From Podarcis liolepis (lineage: Eukaryota), in NCBI GenBank assembly GCA_965112155.1, contig OZ218098.1: DNA of 64,000 nucleotides, one strand, 5' to 3'. Below the pieces are notes generated by a model that was not told the DNA's origin, did not search any database, and saw only the letters and a program-made list of their open reading frames with translations. Below are positions 51,097 through 64,000 of this stretch, piece by piece; the first letter of the stretch is position 1, and the number at the start of each line of letters is the position of its first letter. The position numbers were made by a program, and so were the translations under genes.

Positions 51097-54000
51097 TATG
51101 TCAATTGTCTATTGTCTATAATTATATCTATTGTCTGATATTTTTCAACTGGGTGCCTTGAGGAGGCTGTTTGAGTTTCTGCATCAGTGTTGCGAAAAAA
51201 CACATCTGATGATGTCATGCATATAAATTGCAAAATGACACATTGCCTGTTACTTAATGTGAGAAAGCATTGTTTAGCTTTTTGCTTATTGTTTTAAAAA
51301 CAGATGAGTGCATGTTCTGAAGACAGAATGCATTCACCCTTCAGTAAACTTAGCAAATGGAAACATATGCTAGCTGGAGAGAGTTTATTTTGGCTTTGAG
51401 CCTATGCGAATAGTGCCATCATATAGTTCAGACAATAGGGTGGAATCTAGACACATATTAAAAATGCTGTGGAAATGTTTTTTAAAAAGTTTTGAAAAAT
51501 ATTGAATTTGGCATAGCTCACCATCACCATCTAGCATCACATTTGTATAATACACTCTACCATACACTTAAAACATTTTATTTGCAGATGTATAGCGAGT
51601 CCCCAGTGGCACGGGGCTTAGTTGTATCTGGGTGGAGTCAGGTGTGCCATGGTGTGTTTGTCTTTCTTGTTTTAAGAGACAGTAAAGTTATTGTTTGCTT
51701 CCTGACTGGCCTGCCCTCTAAGCCTTCTGTGGCAGAATTCGGTCATACTGTATACAGATGAATAAATTAGATGCTTAGTATTTCAAGCTTTACCTGGATT
51801 AAATATTTTTTTAATGTACTGGAAACCTATCTGCTCCTGCAGCCACCATTTTTCACATGGAAGGAGGCTTGAGTACATTTATCAGTGCTTGCAACTGGAA
51901 AAGAGAGATTTGATTCTCTAACTGCTAATTGAAACCCAGCCTTTTAGATCAACTTTTAATTGGCAAAAATAGACCTGCAAGCACATGCAGATCTTGCCCC
52001 CCTCTGTTTGGAATGCTGTTTTTACAATTCAAACGGAAGCCTGGTTACTTGGCAACTACATAAGCTCTTATAATGAAGCCCAGAAGTTATAAAACAGATT
52101 ACTATAAATGAATAGTTCATGTACATATTTTTTCACAAGTTAATTGAGATTATGTTTAGGAGCCTTCACTAGGTGCTAATTCAGATGCATCTCCTCCTCC
52201 TTGAAAGAAAAGAAAGAAATGATAGGATGGCAGGAAGACTTTTGAGAAGTCAAATGATTATCTTAAGTAAAATGTTAAAGAAGATGCATAGGATGCTAAA
52301 GAGTAATAATTTAAGTGTATTTAAAGGGTGTTCCAAGTCATGAGATGTTTTGAATGGTACCTGCTTGCTGGGGAGAGTGTGGTTTCCTTCCTGTATACAG
52401 AACACTGGAGCCTTTTTTGTAATATTCTTGCAACTATAGAAGTTGCAAGCATTAAACCCTAGCACAAGCATTCAACCCTAGAAGACATCAGGTTGACCCC
52501 ACCCCAAAGCACAAGAAATAGGCCCTGTACCCTTAAACTGTTAACCCACAGTTTTCTATGCCTTTGTCTCACTTTGAGCCAAAATTGCTGTTATGAAGTG
52601 ACAGGCAAATATAAAGAGTTTCATCAGCCTCACCCTTTAACTGTGTGTCTGTGTGTGAGAGAGACCGGTCCAATTATTCTTTCATTCAAACACTGAGAGT
52701 GCCAATGATATTCCAGGCATTAGCTGCCATCAGAAGATTATTATGTACTATTAATGAAAGAACAACCAGTCAGAAGCTGCAAGTGGGACATGGAACAAAG
52801 GGAGTGCTCCAGTTCAGAATACTCAGTACCGTTTCCCATCTCTCTCAGCTTTCAATTATTTCTCTCTGCTTCTTTGTCCACTCCATCTGCTAGTCAGCAT
52901 TCTCTGGGTCTAATTTTGGTGATTCCTCCTTATGTTTTTTTCTCCTTTGAAGAATTTTTGTATTCTGAAAACCTCAGACCCCTGTGCCCCACCCAGCAAC
53001 CTACTGATATTGCCATCTTGTGCATGGATGGTTCTGTTTGTCTACATCAGCAATGGCAGTCCCTCCTGATCACTGGAAATAGATAGAGTGCTAACCTCAC
53101 CAGGTAAACTGTTGTTATTCAATCAAAGGCTATGACAGACATGTAAAGCAATGAATCAATATTACACTGCAAAGCTAGAATTTCAAACCGTCTATTATAA
53201 CACAAATAAATGGCAGAGGTGCAAACACAGAGTCAAGGAGCACTAACAATGGAAAGAAGTGTGCCGAGTCAAAAGACGGTTGAAGATGGGCAGCAATGAG
53301 ACAGATATCTGTTAGCAATAACTTTTGCAGGTGTGGAAAACTAAGCCAAAAAATTCACTCACAAACTAGGAAGATCACCGTGGGTTCGGCTTCCTGGTGT
53401 ACAGAGCAATGCCAGATGAACCCAGTCAAATAGCAGCTCAATCTTCAATATCTCTCTTTGTGAAAAGGTTATGGCTGCCTTTGAGAAGGCAACCTGATGA
53501 TTTGGAGCAGCGGGTGGAGAATCATTTTCAGATAAGTGGGTGAAGCCAGAGGCAAAAGTGGACAGAGTAATGAATGTGCCTATTACCTTTTGTCCTGTTC
53601 ACCTGCATTCTGGCCTCACAAAAGTCAAGAGTTTTCTGCACACCCACACCTACCTCTCCCTTCACCATCTAGGCAAGAAAGAGGCATCACCACAACTCAT
53701 GAACACATTCACAGCCAGGCAAAAGCACTTGGGGCAGTTGTGAAGCAGGGCCCAGTGAAGGGCATGGCCAGAGGAGGTGGCAACAGTCCTGAAGACCTGG
53801 TAGAGAGGACTGGAGGGCTTAGAGGGCAACACTTGGTTCCCCTGCCTGGCGTTAGAGCAGTCTTGTTTAGCATCAAGGTAAATGCTGCTGCATTTAGTGC
53901 TAAGAATTGCAGCTTTAAATTGGATTTGAAATTCCAGAATGAAGTCTGGGGTCTGGGGCATAATAAAATTTTGTGGGGAAGAAAGATACACATGGGATAT

Positions 54001-56445
54001 AGAGACCCACCTCCTGACCATTATGAGCTTTGATTCCCAGCAGGCCCCACACTCCCTGAAGCCACAACCTTTGTCTCTGTGTACTTTGCTTGAATTCCTT
54101 ATAATGCTAAATCATATGTACTGTACTATTATAACAATCTTGGCTGCTTTTTGGAAGGAAGTGGTGGACCATAATGGCAGGGGTTTAAAGTCCCCAAGAA
54201 CAAATACGTAAATCACGAAATGGTATGAAGTTTCCTACAGGAAGACTTCCCTCCATCTTTAATTACACACACACACACACAAAGCTTTCCTCCATAGCCC
54301 CAAGAGGTTAGACGCATGGCTGTTTCACAGTAATTAAATTCTTTAACGCCAAATTGCATGCAAAATAACTGTTAATAAATTTGCCAAGCTTTGTCATGGA
54401 GATCAGAAAGTGTATCTGGCATGCTCTTTGGTCAGAAGGTACAGCTCTTGAGATACGATTCTGATTGGGTTACTGCTGAAAACTGTAGGGACACCCCCCC
54501 ACACACACCTTTAATGGGTCCTGTGCCCTCACCAGGCAAGCCCATCATTCTTGTTTGGTTAAAGCTCTCCTATCCCCAGGTCACATTAATTATTTTACAG
54601 ATCAGTCTGTTCCTAGAGCTGTAGATATATAAGCTGTTGAAATGGAGAGTGAAATTCCTCTTGTACGAAAGCTCTTGTAAGGTTTTCAGATTCTTTTTAG
54701 AAATATAGGTTTGTGATTTCAGAAAGTTTTAAAGCCACTGATACCAACTTTTTAAAAGCAGCAGTGACTAGAAATCAAGGTTTAGACATGGGGGGGGGGG
54801 GAATGGAGGGTTCTTATTTTGCAGCAAGTTTCCCTATTTTTGCTGGACTTCCCTTGAGAAATCATGTCTGAAAAGCTGTTTATCAGTTTCCATATGCACT
54901 GCTTCTTCTGTCATTCTTCTTTGTTTTTGGCTGCTGTGACCTAGAGTTGCAGCTTCTTCAGAAATTCCTTCTTGTTTATGGAAAACACCTCTCTTCTGCT
55001 TGTACTCAAAGCACAGCTTAATCTTTAGATTCACTGACCTTTATTCCTGAGTTCCAATCAAGACTGTCACTTACTGTGGGTTGGTTGAGACACATTATAA
55101 ATCATTACTTCCTCCACCAGTCAATCAATGGCCAGTTCTGTTCTTTAGCATTCTGAAACTTCCTTTCCTTGTTAAATGTGACTTTCTTCTGTTTTCTAAC
55201 CTTAGCTCAATTCTCACCCTGCCCCTAGCTCTGTTAGTTTGGGTGGGAATTTCTAGGTGCCAAAGCACACGTCCTGAATGAGATCTATGAATGACTCTTC
55301 CAGTTTTTATAACTGGCACAGGGGACACTTAATTTCATTGTCGGAATTGTGCTGGAGCAGGTTGTGTTTAATCTTCCAAAATCTGCCATTAACCTTGCAG
55401 AAGAAAAAGTAAATTACTGTTTCTGTACCTCTTTTTCCACTCTAGAGGGCTGAGAGATACTGTGTTTTAGAGAAACCTCAACCTTCTTCATGCTCTGGAT
55501 ATATGCTGCATAAGCATTATCACTTATTCTGGTTCTAGTGCAGTCCCACAGCTGTTGTTTGAAGCTAAGTACAAATGATGTTAGGCACTAATTCATTCGC
55601 ATTCTATAGTTTCTCAAGAAATACTGCTGTTCCCTCAAACCAATTCCTATCCATTTTGAAAATGTATGCTGTAGTTAAGGTGAGATATGTGCTTTTGAGA
55701 TTTCTACTGCATATATGCAGATGACAGTCCATGCACAGATGATGGCTTCATTGAAAAGGTGTTTGAGTGGTTTGCATGAGCAAAATAGTACCAGTCATCA
55801 CTGGATTAAATTTGGACTTTTAAAAAATGATTGGTCCATTCCCCCCCCCCCCAAAAAAAACCCCCTCTATACTAGAAAGAGTGTGGGAAAAATGTTTATG
55901 CAGTTCACAGGTATTTAGAATGTACTGTTAATATATTCAATATTTTGGCATATTACACAATTTCTTGTTCATTAAAATGATTGCAACTACAGTAAATTCC
56001 AAGACTCTGAAGCTACTAGACTTTGCAACATAATACTTTGATAAAAAAGGAAAAAAATTAAAGAGCTAGCACCCTTTTAATTTTTTTTAAAAAAATCCAA
56101 CTGTAAAAGTTAGATTGGAATTAAACATAATTTTAAAATGATAAAATATCTCTTTTCTTGAGGCAGATGGCACTAAAAGGATACTTATTATAAATCAAAT
56201 GCAAGCTCAGACTTTCATCCCATCTTTTTTGCTTCCTCTTGGCCTATGATTTCTTTTTGTTTTGAAAGTGCCTCCATTTCAGTTGACTTTTTTTCTTTTT
56301 TGGCTACTGCGGGTGGAGAATGAATTATCATTACAGACAGTTTCTGTTTATGTGTGAAGACTGTATTTCCAATTATAGCTTCCAATTGGAAATAAAATAA
56401 GGAAAGAACACAGGAAGGACCGTGTTACTAAATAATATAATACAG

Positions 56446-56483
56446 TATTTTATTTTATTTATTTTATTTTATTTTATTTTATT
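56446..56483. repeat. (ATTTT)n microsatellite
   Basis: Pentanucleotide run. Confidence 0.9.
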
Positions 56484-59399
56484 CCTTAGACCGGATGGAT
56501 GGGAGGTTGCCTGCTCTTACATTCCCTTCTAAGGAGCAGGTACCAGTGTTTGAAACTCCCATTGTTCTAGGCACATTTTGCGACAGGGAATTTCATTAGC
56601 GCTAGCAGTTTCTGAGGTCTGGGTGCAGTACTGCGCCTAAGATTTCAGATTAAAACTGCAGAGTGGAAGGAAAGGAGGACCTTTTTCTGCCTCCCCACTT
56701 CCAGCTACTCTCTGTAGACTGGAGAAGAGACCCTCTTAAGAATATTGGGAGGGTGGGCAGGGGAAGGACTAGACCACGTGAAAAATGAACATAATATTTT
56801 AGCTGCATTTTCAGCTGCATGTGTGCATAGACATTCCATTGCTGCGCCCATAACCTAGGTTTAAGGTGCCATTTAGCTCCTAGCTTTCATATCTCAGTTT
56901 CTAACACTGGCAGGTGCATAGTTTTGGGGGTACTTCTGGATCTGGAAGTGCAGGTATCTTCTATGAGATTTCTGTGAAGTGAGAGTGGTGTGGCTACCTT
57001 TTATATTTTTTCCTTGTACTGAGGAATGCTTTTGTTATTAGATAGCACCAATGTGTGCATGCATGTTTGATCTCCATAATTGGGACCAGCAGGACATAGT
57101 TGATCTCCCATGCTAAGCATAAGGTGGTCAGGGGTGTCTCTTAATTTTGTGTTATGCTTCAACTCCTCCTTGGCAGCCATTCTGTGACTAGAACCCCCAG
57201 CACTCTTTCAAATTCCAAAACGTGTCCAAAACGGTTGTTGACTCCTGCAATACAACTTTCAGCAACTGTGGTGGTTGTATGGGAACTTACCATGTGGCTG
57301 CCCCATACATTGCATACTGTGGAGGTCGCCATATGGAAACAGTTAATTAGGGATGGTCACATGCTGTATTTGCTTCATCGCCGTCACCATCATAAGGCTA
57401 TAGACATTTTTACTGCTGGTTTGTAAGCTACTTAAAGTGCATCTTCAGTACCTCTGTCATTCAGTACCTGAAATACAGGCCAGATGAATAGTGAGGCAGT
57501 TGCCCATCTTCTTGCTTGTTCTATCTGATATATACTGTTCTTGCATGTTTTAAGAAGAAGGGGTTTTAGTGGCCAGGACTAATCACCTTTCCTTTATTTC
57601 TGCTTTCACTGGGGTTGTATCTTTCCAGCTCTTTTGTGAATGAAATATCCTATAAAAATTAAATGACTATTAAAGTGTGTTTTAAAGTCCTCTGCCCTTT
57701 ACTTTAAAGCATCTTAATGTTTTATGAGGCAATTCTTGAAAGATTTTATAGGATAGCCCTTTAAAAAAAACCCTGGAAGTGTGCATTTTATAGAGGCATT
57801 TGTACCTGTAAAACTGTATGGACATATGCTGTCCGTTCTTTAAATCTTACAACAAAACAAATAAGCTTGAACATTCAGTCAGGAATGGCCTGTCGGTGGC
57901 TATTACAAAGAGCAAGACTGTTGTGAATGACCAGGGGATATGATGTTATGCCATATTGTCCCCTAATCACTCCTGAGAGTGAATTACTAGACCTGAATGT
58001 TTTCCTAATTGTATGGTTGTGCTTTCTGAAACATTAATTACTGGCCACAGTTGGAGATTATAGTTGGGCTAAATAGATCATTTGTGTGGCTCAGTATGAT
58101 ATTTATTGTATCTATTTATTAAGATGTTTAGATAGAACAGAAAAAAATGAACTGAGTTTTAGCATCGAGCATCTTAACTTACATGACACCATGCTTCTTA
58201 TCATTAAAAATAAAATTTAACAGCTGGTTTGAGTCAACATCTAAATTTATGCTGTAAAACCTGGAAAATAAAGAAGTAAAGGGTCCTTTATCTTAAACGG
58301 TGGTTTCATCCTTTCCTTTAGAATAATTTGGGCTGTTGCAGATAAGACTTGCATTCTGGTTTCTAAGTAGGGCAGACAAATGATGAAAGGGGAAAAATGT
58401 CTTTCAAAATGGTGGACACTTCAGTGTCTCCTCCTTCTAAATAGGATTATTTGGAGAGAGAAAAGATCTTTGAGGATTGTTATAAATATGTGATAGTGCT
58501 AAAATGATTTAAGATCTTGAATACAAACAGCTTACATATCCACAGGGTGGCAAAATGCAGCATTTTACCTACATTGCAGCGATTTTATGCTGGTTGCAGA
58601 TAAAAACAATAGACTAAGATCTTCTTGTAGAAGCAGATGTGCATATCTAACTCTGTTAGAAAGTTCATTGAACTAGAGGATATGGTTTTTAAAGGCACCA
58701 GAAACTTACATGTATATATATCTAGTCACATGCAAGTTGGACTGGAGTTAGATCATTTGTACCAGAATACAACTGAGTCCCCAACATATCTGTGCCAGGT
58801 TCCCTTTAGAGTAAAGGCTTGGGAGAACCTACTAATTTGAGGGATGATTGGTGATAGGTCATTTTAGATCCTACAAGAGGGTTATATTGTGAGGAGCAGA
58901 AGTGAACATTCAATTTGCTAGTGACATGATTAGAATTTTACCTTTAAATATATGGGGGACTTACCCACAGAAGCAGGATTAGTGGATTTCTAGTCCACCA
59001 GTGACTACTAGTCTGGATCTGAGTGCCAAGGCTGTGTGCGTTTGCCACAACCTGTTGTGATTGCACTATTTTTGCAATGGAGCAAGTAGATAAGAAACAG
59101 AGACTTTTGTAAACATGAACAGAGATTTTTCACTACATTCGGTTGGTTTTATAATCTGAGAATTGCCTGATGTAAATCCTTAAATTGTAAATCCTGTTCA
59201 GTGAGTAGGGGCAGATAGAGTTGTATCAGCATGTAGCATGTGTGTGACTATTTGCCTTGTCAGATATGGCCCTGTTACCTCTTGTCCCTTCCCATTTTAT
59301 GCATTTTAGTGAGGCAGAGAGAGGCAGAAGCAGACAGGGAGACATACACAAAAGCTTGGAGGTCCAGCCACTGAGTGTGATGTAAAGTATTCTTCAGAA

Positions 59400-60043
59400 A
59401 GGCAATCTAGCCACCATGCTCCATGCCTGAGCCTCCAAGTTCATGTATGAGCTTACAGGGAACCAGGCATGAGGGCCTTGTCAGTAGTGGTGTTCACCCC
59501 ATGAAATGCCCTCCTATCAGATGTCAAGGAGATAAGTAACTATACAACCTTTAGAAAACATCTGAAGGCAGCCTGTATAGGGAAGTTTTAAAATATTTAA
59601 AATGTTTTTAAACATGTTGAAAGCTGCCCAAACCCAGTCAGATGGTAAAGGTAAAGGTAACCCTGACCATTAGGTCCAGTCGTGACTGACTCTGGGGTTG
59701 TGGCACTCATCTTGCTTTATTGGCCAAGAGAGCTGGCGTACAGCTTCCGGGTCATGTAGCCAGCATGACTAAGCCACTTCTGGTGAACCAGAGCAGCGCA
59801 CAGAAACGCCGTTTACCTTCCCGCCGGAGCGGTACCTATTTATCTACTTGCACTTTGGTGTGCTTTCGAACTGCTAGGTTTGCAGGAGCAGGGACCGAGC
59901 AACGGGAGTTCACCCCGTCACAGGGATTTGAACCGCCGACCTTCTGATTGGCAAGTCCTAGGCTCTGTGGTTTAACCCACAGTGCCACCTGCGTCCCTAG
60001 TCAGATGGTAGGGGTACAAATAATAATTTTACTATTATTATTA
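59400..60043 (+). mobile_element. Decayed L2 3' fragment, interrupted by a Sauria SINE
   Basis: GCCCTCCTATCAGATGTCAAGGAGATAA...CATCTGAAGGCAGC and the tail AAACCCAGTCAGATGG/TAGGGGTACAAATAATAA match the L2 copy at 48908-49468 in opposite orientation. Confidence 0.85.
59648..59997 (-). mobile_element. Full-length Sauria (Squam1) SINE
   Basis: Minus strand starts GGGACGCAGGTGGCACTGTGGGTTAAACC (A box), has a GGTTCAAATCC B box and ends in (ACCTTT)n. Flanked by the 12-bp TSD AGTCAGATGGTA at 59636-59647 and 59999-60010. Confidence 0.95.
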
Positions 60044-60489
60044 CCTGCTTCCTTTTTGCTCATCTAGCCTGCAGTGATCTAGGCTCTGCTGCAAGAAGAT
60101 AGACTGGAAGGTGCACCCTGCAAATTCATATGGTGAAACATGGAGCATGACAACTAGAGCAGCACAGCATCCTGCTGTAAGGGTTAATGGAATTGGTTTA
60201 TTTGTGTGTATGTGAGTGGATGGGCTGTTGGGCTGTATAAATGGATGGATATGGTGGGAGTGAGACATGGAGAACATGGGAAGAGTATTCCTTTGTAGAA
60301 ATGTCTTTAACTCAAGCTGGGCTACAATGGAAGAAAGGAATAATGGAAAGGGCACTTACGTTTCCTTTGAAGTTCAATAATTTGAAATCATAGCTGAATG
60401 ATAGGTAGGTGGCTAGATCCTCTTGCTCAGGATCCTTACTGCTTAGGTATAGTTTCATCAAGGATAATCACAGAGCTTACAAGGTCAGA

Positions 60490-60893
60490 TAAATTGTTCA
60501 GCACCTTGGAAAGCTCCCATTGGAATGGGCCTGCCTGGAACTTTCCCCTCAGAATAGGACATAGGGTGAAGTTGCCACTGTGAAGATTTGGAGCCTGTTT
60601 TGTTTCAGGACTCACCCTCTGAAAAGAGCTGGCTATACTGTTTGAAGGGCCTGGTCTGTTTTCCTGTTCCAAGCTTCTGCAGAGCTGAGGAGAGCTCTGT
60701 GCACCTGCTGGCCTATCCTTTGAGTCTGAGGATGAGGCTAGCACTACTATACCTTCTGACCAGGAGGACATAAAGTAGGGTCCTCAGTGATCCCCATTGG
60801 GTCTCTTCCTTCTGAACCTCCTCCTTCTACAAGCTCTCTGAACCTCATCTTCCTCCCTGTGCCCTGTAAGACCCTAGGGTCAGGCGTCATGAC
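60490..60893 (-). mobile_element. Possible solo LTR-like element (left boundary uncertain)
   Basis: Minus strand starts TGTCATGA, a typical LTR start, at a sharp boundary between a GC-richer block and AT-rich flank. No TSD or PBS confirmed. Confidence 0.3.
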
Positions 60894-63800
60894 ACTAAAT
60901 AATGATGAATACTCTTAGTATTTTAAATTGCAACCAGGATGTACAGGTTAGTATTCATGTACAGCTGACACATGTTTTCTCCCAAGGAAGGACAAAACTA
61001 ATTTCTGTTGTCTCTCATTAAATATTAAAGGTTTTGTGTGATAAATATTTAATTGGCCAGGTATATTATGAGTAATGATGAAATATATAATATTTGTCTT
61101 TAGCTTCTGTTTGTGTTAGCTTGTCTGAACAGTTTAATTTCACCAAGCAGTAGTTAAATGCCTAAAAATACTATAATAATGCAGTCCACTTCTCTTGCAC
61201 CATGCAGCATGAATTGACTTTTATAAAGCTGCTGTATCTAGAATTACATGACCTATGTTCAGATCTCTCTTTTCCATTTCAAAGATTTGTTGGCAGGGGA
61301 GGGATTAAAGATTTTCTTTTTTTTAATTGAAAAATGTATTCATATTTCCCGATATACAAATTGCTAATACATCAGCCTATAAAAGACAAATGGATCTTTT
61401 AAAAAAACTATAAGGCTATGTTGGAAATGAGTTCATGGAAAAAAAAGAAAATAAGAAAAATCAATCAAGGCATAGTTGATCATTATGTTGGCGGTGTTAA
61501 ATGTACAATTAGGTTATTCACCAAGGACTAATTTGGAAACTATACTACAGATTGAGCCTACCATACAAATATTCTCTTGGAGATGCTTCCCATTCCAAAA
61601 AGTAGTAAGTTTTCCGCATTCTTTAATGTGCTTGGAAATTTTCATTAATTGCCATTCCACATCTTAAATAATGCAGAAAGAATAGCAATACTTCTGTTTC
61701 AATAAACAGAGTATAGAAAGACAAGTATAGGAACTCTCCTTGCTCAGTAATTTTCCATGGGTAGTTTCAGAGTCCAATTAGATTTTTTATTATGTTACAC
61801 CTCCTCAAATGACCTTAAACCACATGGTCCTTGGGTAGTTTCCATCCAGACACATTATCAAGGAAAACTTGGCTTAAGCAGTAGAATGAGCAGATTTCAT
61901 GCTTCAGAGATTTGCATTCTAATCCATTGACCTGTTCTACCTCTAGCCATCAAGCAAGGATATCTATCTACAGGTTTCCTATAGAAGCAAAGTTACAAAG
62001 GATATATTATTATGATATCTGTTCTGATACCTTAGTATATTCCAGATTACAAGTAGCAAGAAAGCAGCCCCAGTTGCCTCAGTCAAGCAACCCATACATC
62101 CCAGAAATTGTTCCTGCTCATTGAATGGCTCCATTAATTCCCTCTTTGCTCACATATTATTTTTCCCCCCGTATAGGTCCAAGGGTAAACACCCACAGAA
62201 ACAGTTTTCCATTGTATTAGGGGTCAATGTGGTATAGGAGGTCTGATGAAGGTCACTCAGAGCTGCTAAAGAGTCTTGTATATTCTTCATTCTGGTGCAT
62301 GATTGTAGCTTGACATATCTTTCTATTTCTCACACCCCAGCAAGGTCCAGGCAGGCAGAGACAGTTCTGCCCCTAAGACAGATATACAGGCCTTCTTAAG
62401 CCATTAGCTAAGTCTCATTGACCAAAGTTTGTTTCATTTCTTTCCATAGCTTCTGGAGTGATCACTTTCACCACGCACACAGATTTGCCTCTGACAGCTG
62501 AGCTCAGTAGCAAGCTTGAGCCAGCACTGGGCCCAACATTGTCTCTAGTTGTTGCAGTCCTCAAAACCACTGAGGAGATGGGACCTCAAAATTGTACTGC
62601 AAGAATTCTAACTTCTAGAATTCCCTGAATTTTGATTAAGATACCAGAACAAACATTGCAATGTATCATTTGTGACTATATCCAATTCTGGTTCAAATTC
62701 AGTGAAACTATTTGTTCCCTCTGTTGTCACAGGCACATTTCCGGATTTTTTTTACACATTTCATCTTCTAATATATTCCTTTTTATATTAAGAGACTTAG
62801 GCCTGTTTGGCACAGTGAGACTTACATGTATAGGATTATGCTGTAAATTTGGTAATGACCACTAGTTCATAGGTCAGCCATCCCCTCCTTGAATAGCTTT
62901 TTGTCTTCTGATTACTGAAATAGCTTCATATTTTCACCATGCCTTGCAGTGAAATCAGTGAAAGGAGGTGGGAAATAATGGTTAACTCTCCACGCTTATA
63001 AAAATGAATCTTTATTCATTGAGATGATTCTAGAGAAGAACTGAAATGTTTTCAAAATGTCCAAATGTTCTTGCAAAAACCCAACCAAATCCGTTCTTTG
63101 TACTATTGGGGTTAATTTTGTTTTGTAAATGGGTTTAGCGACAGATCAGCTTTTACTGGAAATGCAGCAGAAGCGCATTGTTAAAAATTGTATGGATTCC
63201 GTGTCCATAAATGCAAAGGATTAAAACTTAGAAAATAGCTAGTAGACTGCTCCAGGGTGCTTTGCCAATTTCCTGACATACTGTGATTCTGCCAGTACAC
63301 CTGATTCCTGACATTTAATATTTCTGCTGTTCTGGTTTTTAGCTTCTAAGTTCTGAATGTCAATTGGAGGTGAGGAAACTCTTTGACATATGCAGTAATT
63401 TTTCCAGTACCTTTTGGGTACTTTTTTTTTTTTATTTGCATGTACTGCCACTTTCATTATTGCATTTATGTTTATTGTGGTTAGCTTTTTGTGTACATCA
63501 GCTTTGTGGATTATGCTGGAAATTGGGTTTAGCAGAATACATGCATAAAAAATCTGTCACTTTCTAAAACGTTAGGTATTTACATTGCCGTTATTTACAT
63601 TGCCACAGTTTGTCATAAAACGGAGATTTGTGCAGGCTTATGACACTTAGCATCCCATCAAAATATTAAAATGGTTGTCCCTTCCTTCCCCCCATGCTAG
63701 CTAGGGAATGTTAAACTTGTGGAAGCATGGGGAGGTGTCCATTAATTCCATTAATGGTGCAACATGCATCAGTGATTTATATTTCAGTGAATAAAAATTG

Positions 63801-64000
63801 CGTATTGGCAGCTGCAGATAAGTGCCTCAGTTGTAGCAACAGGTTTCCAAACAATTATTGCAGGAAGAAAGAAGAGCTACTTGTCATGCAGATAAGCCAG
63901 TGGCACAAAGTTGCGTAGGCTTCATAGTAGCCAATATCTACATTTGAGTACGGTTGCCATACATCCAGGAATTCCCGGACATGTCCTCTTTTGGGGGTCC

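Noticed and set aside
57291-57468. Minus-strand exon-like unit (TATTTCAG| ... ATG|GTAAGT)
   Set aside because: Contains stop codons and has no partner exons or promoter; such pairs are expected by chance.
1-64000. Prokaryote-style operon, CRISPR array, endogenous virus or intact transposase/nuclease gene
   Set aside because: No long ORFs, repeat-spacer arrays or viral/nuclease motifs were seen; composition and repeats indicate vertebrate intergenic and intronic DNA.

Overview
Eukaryotic genomic DNA, most likely from a lacertid lizard (inferred from Sauria/Squam1 SINEs, a POM/Squam2-type SINE, Squam3-like SINEs and squamate-type L2, CR1, L1 and MITE families). It is AT-rich and mostly non-coding. 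The main landmark is a CpG-island promoter at about 35.7-37.1 kb with a CCAAT box, GC boxes and a G4 motif. It drives a + strand gene whose first exon ends at a consensus donor (CCG|GTAAGT, 36331/36332). The rest of the window to 64 kb looks like that gene's long first intron, and I cannot name the gene. The left half looks intergenic and may carry a divergent spliced non-coding transcript. No ORF in the track encodes a recognisable host protein; the only recognisable peptides are decayed retrotransposon pieces (L2 RT, CR1 ORF1 and RT, L1 ORF2 end, an RTE-X-like RT). I found no convincing new multi-gene system. The best-supported observations are nested insertions with readable target-site duplications (TSDs), a poly(A)-only insertion, possible antisense exonisation of an old LINE, and TE-borne regulatory motifs. 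Repeat family names are from recalled consensus features, not database searches.
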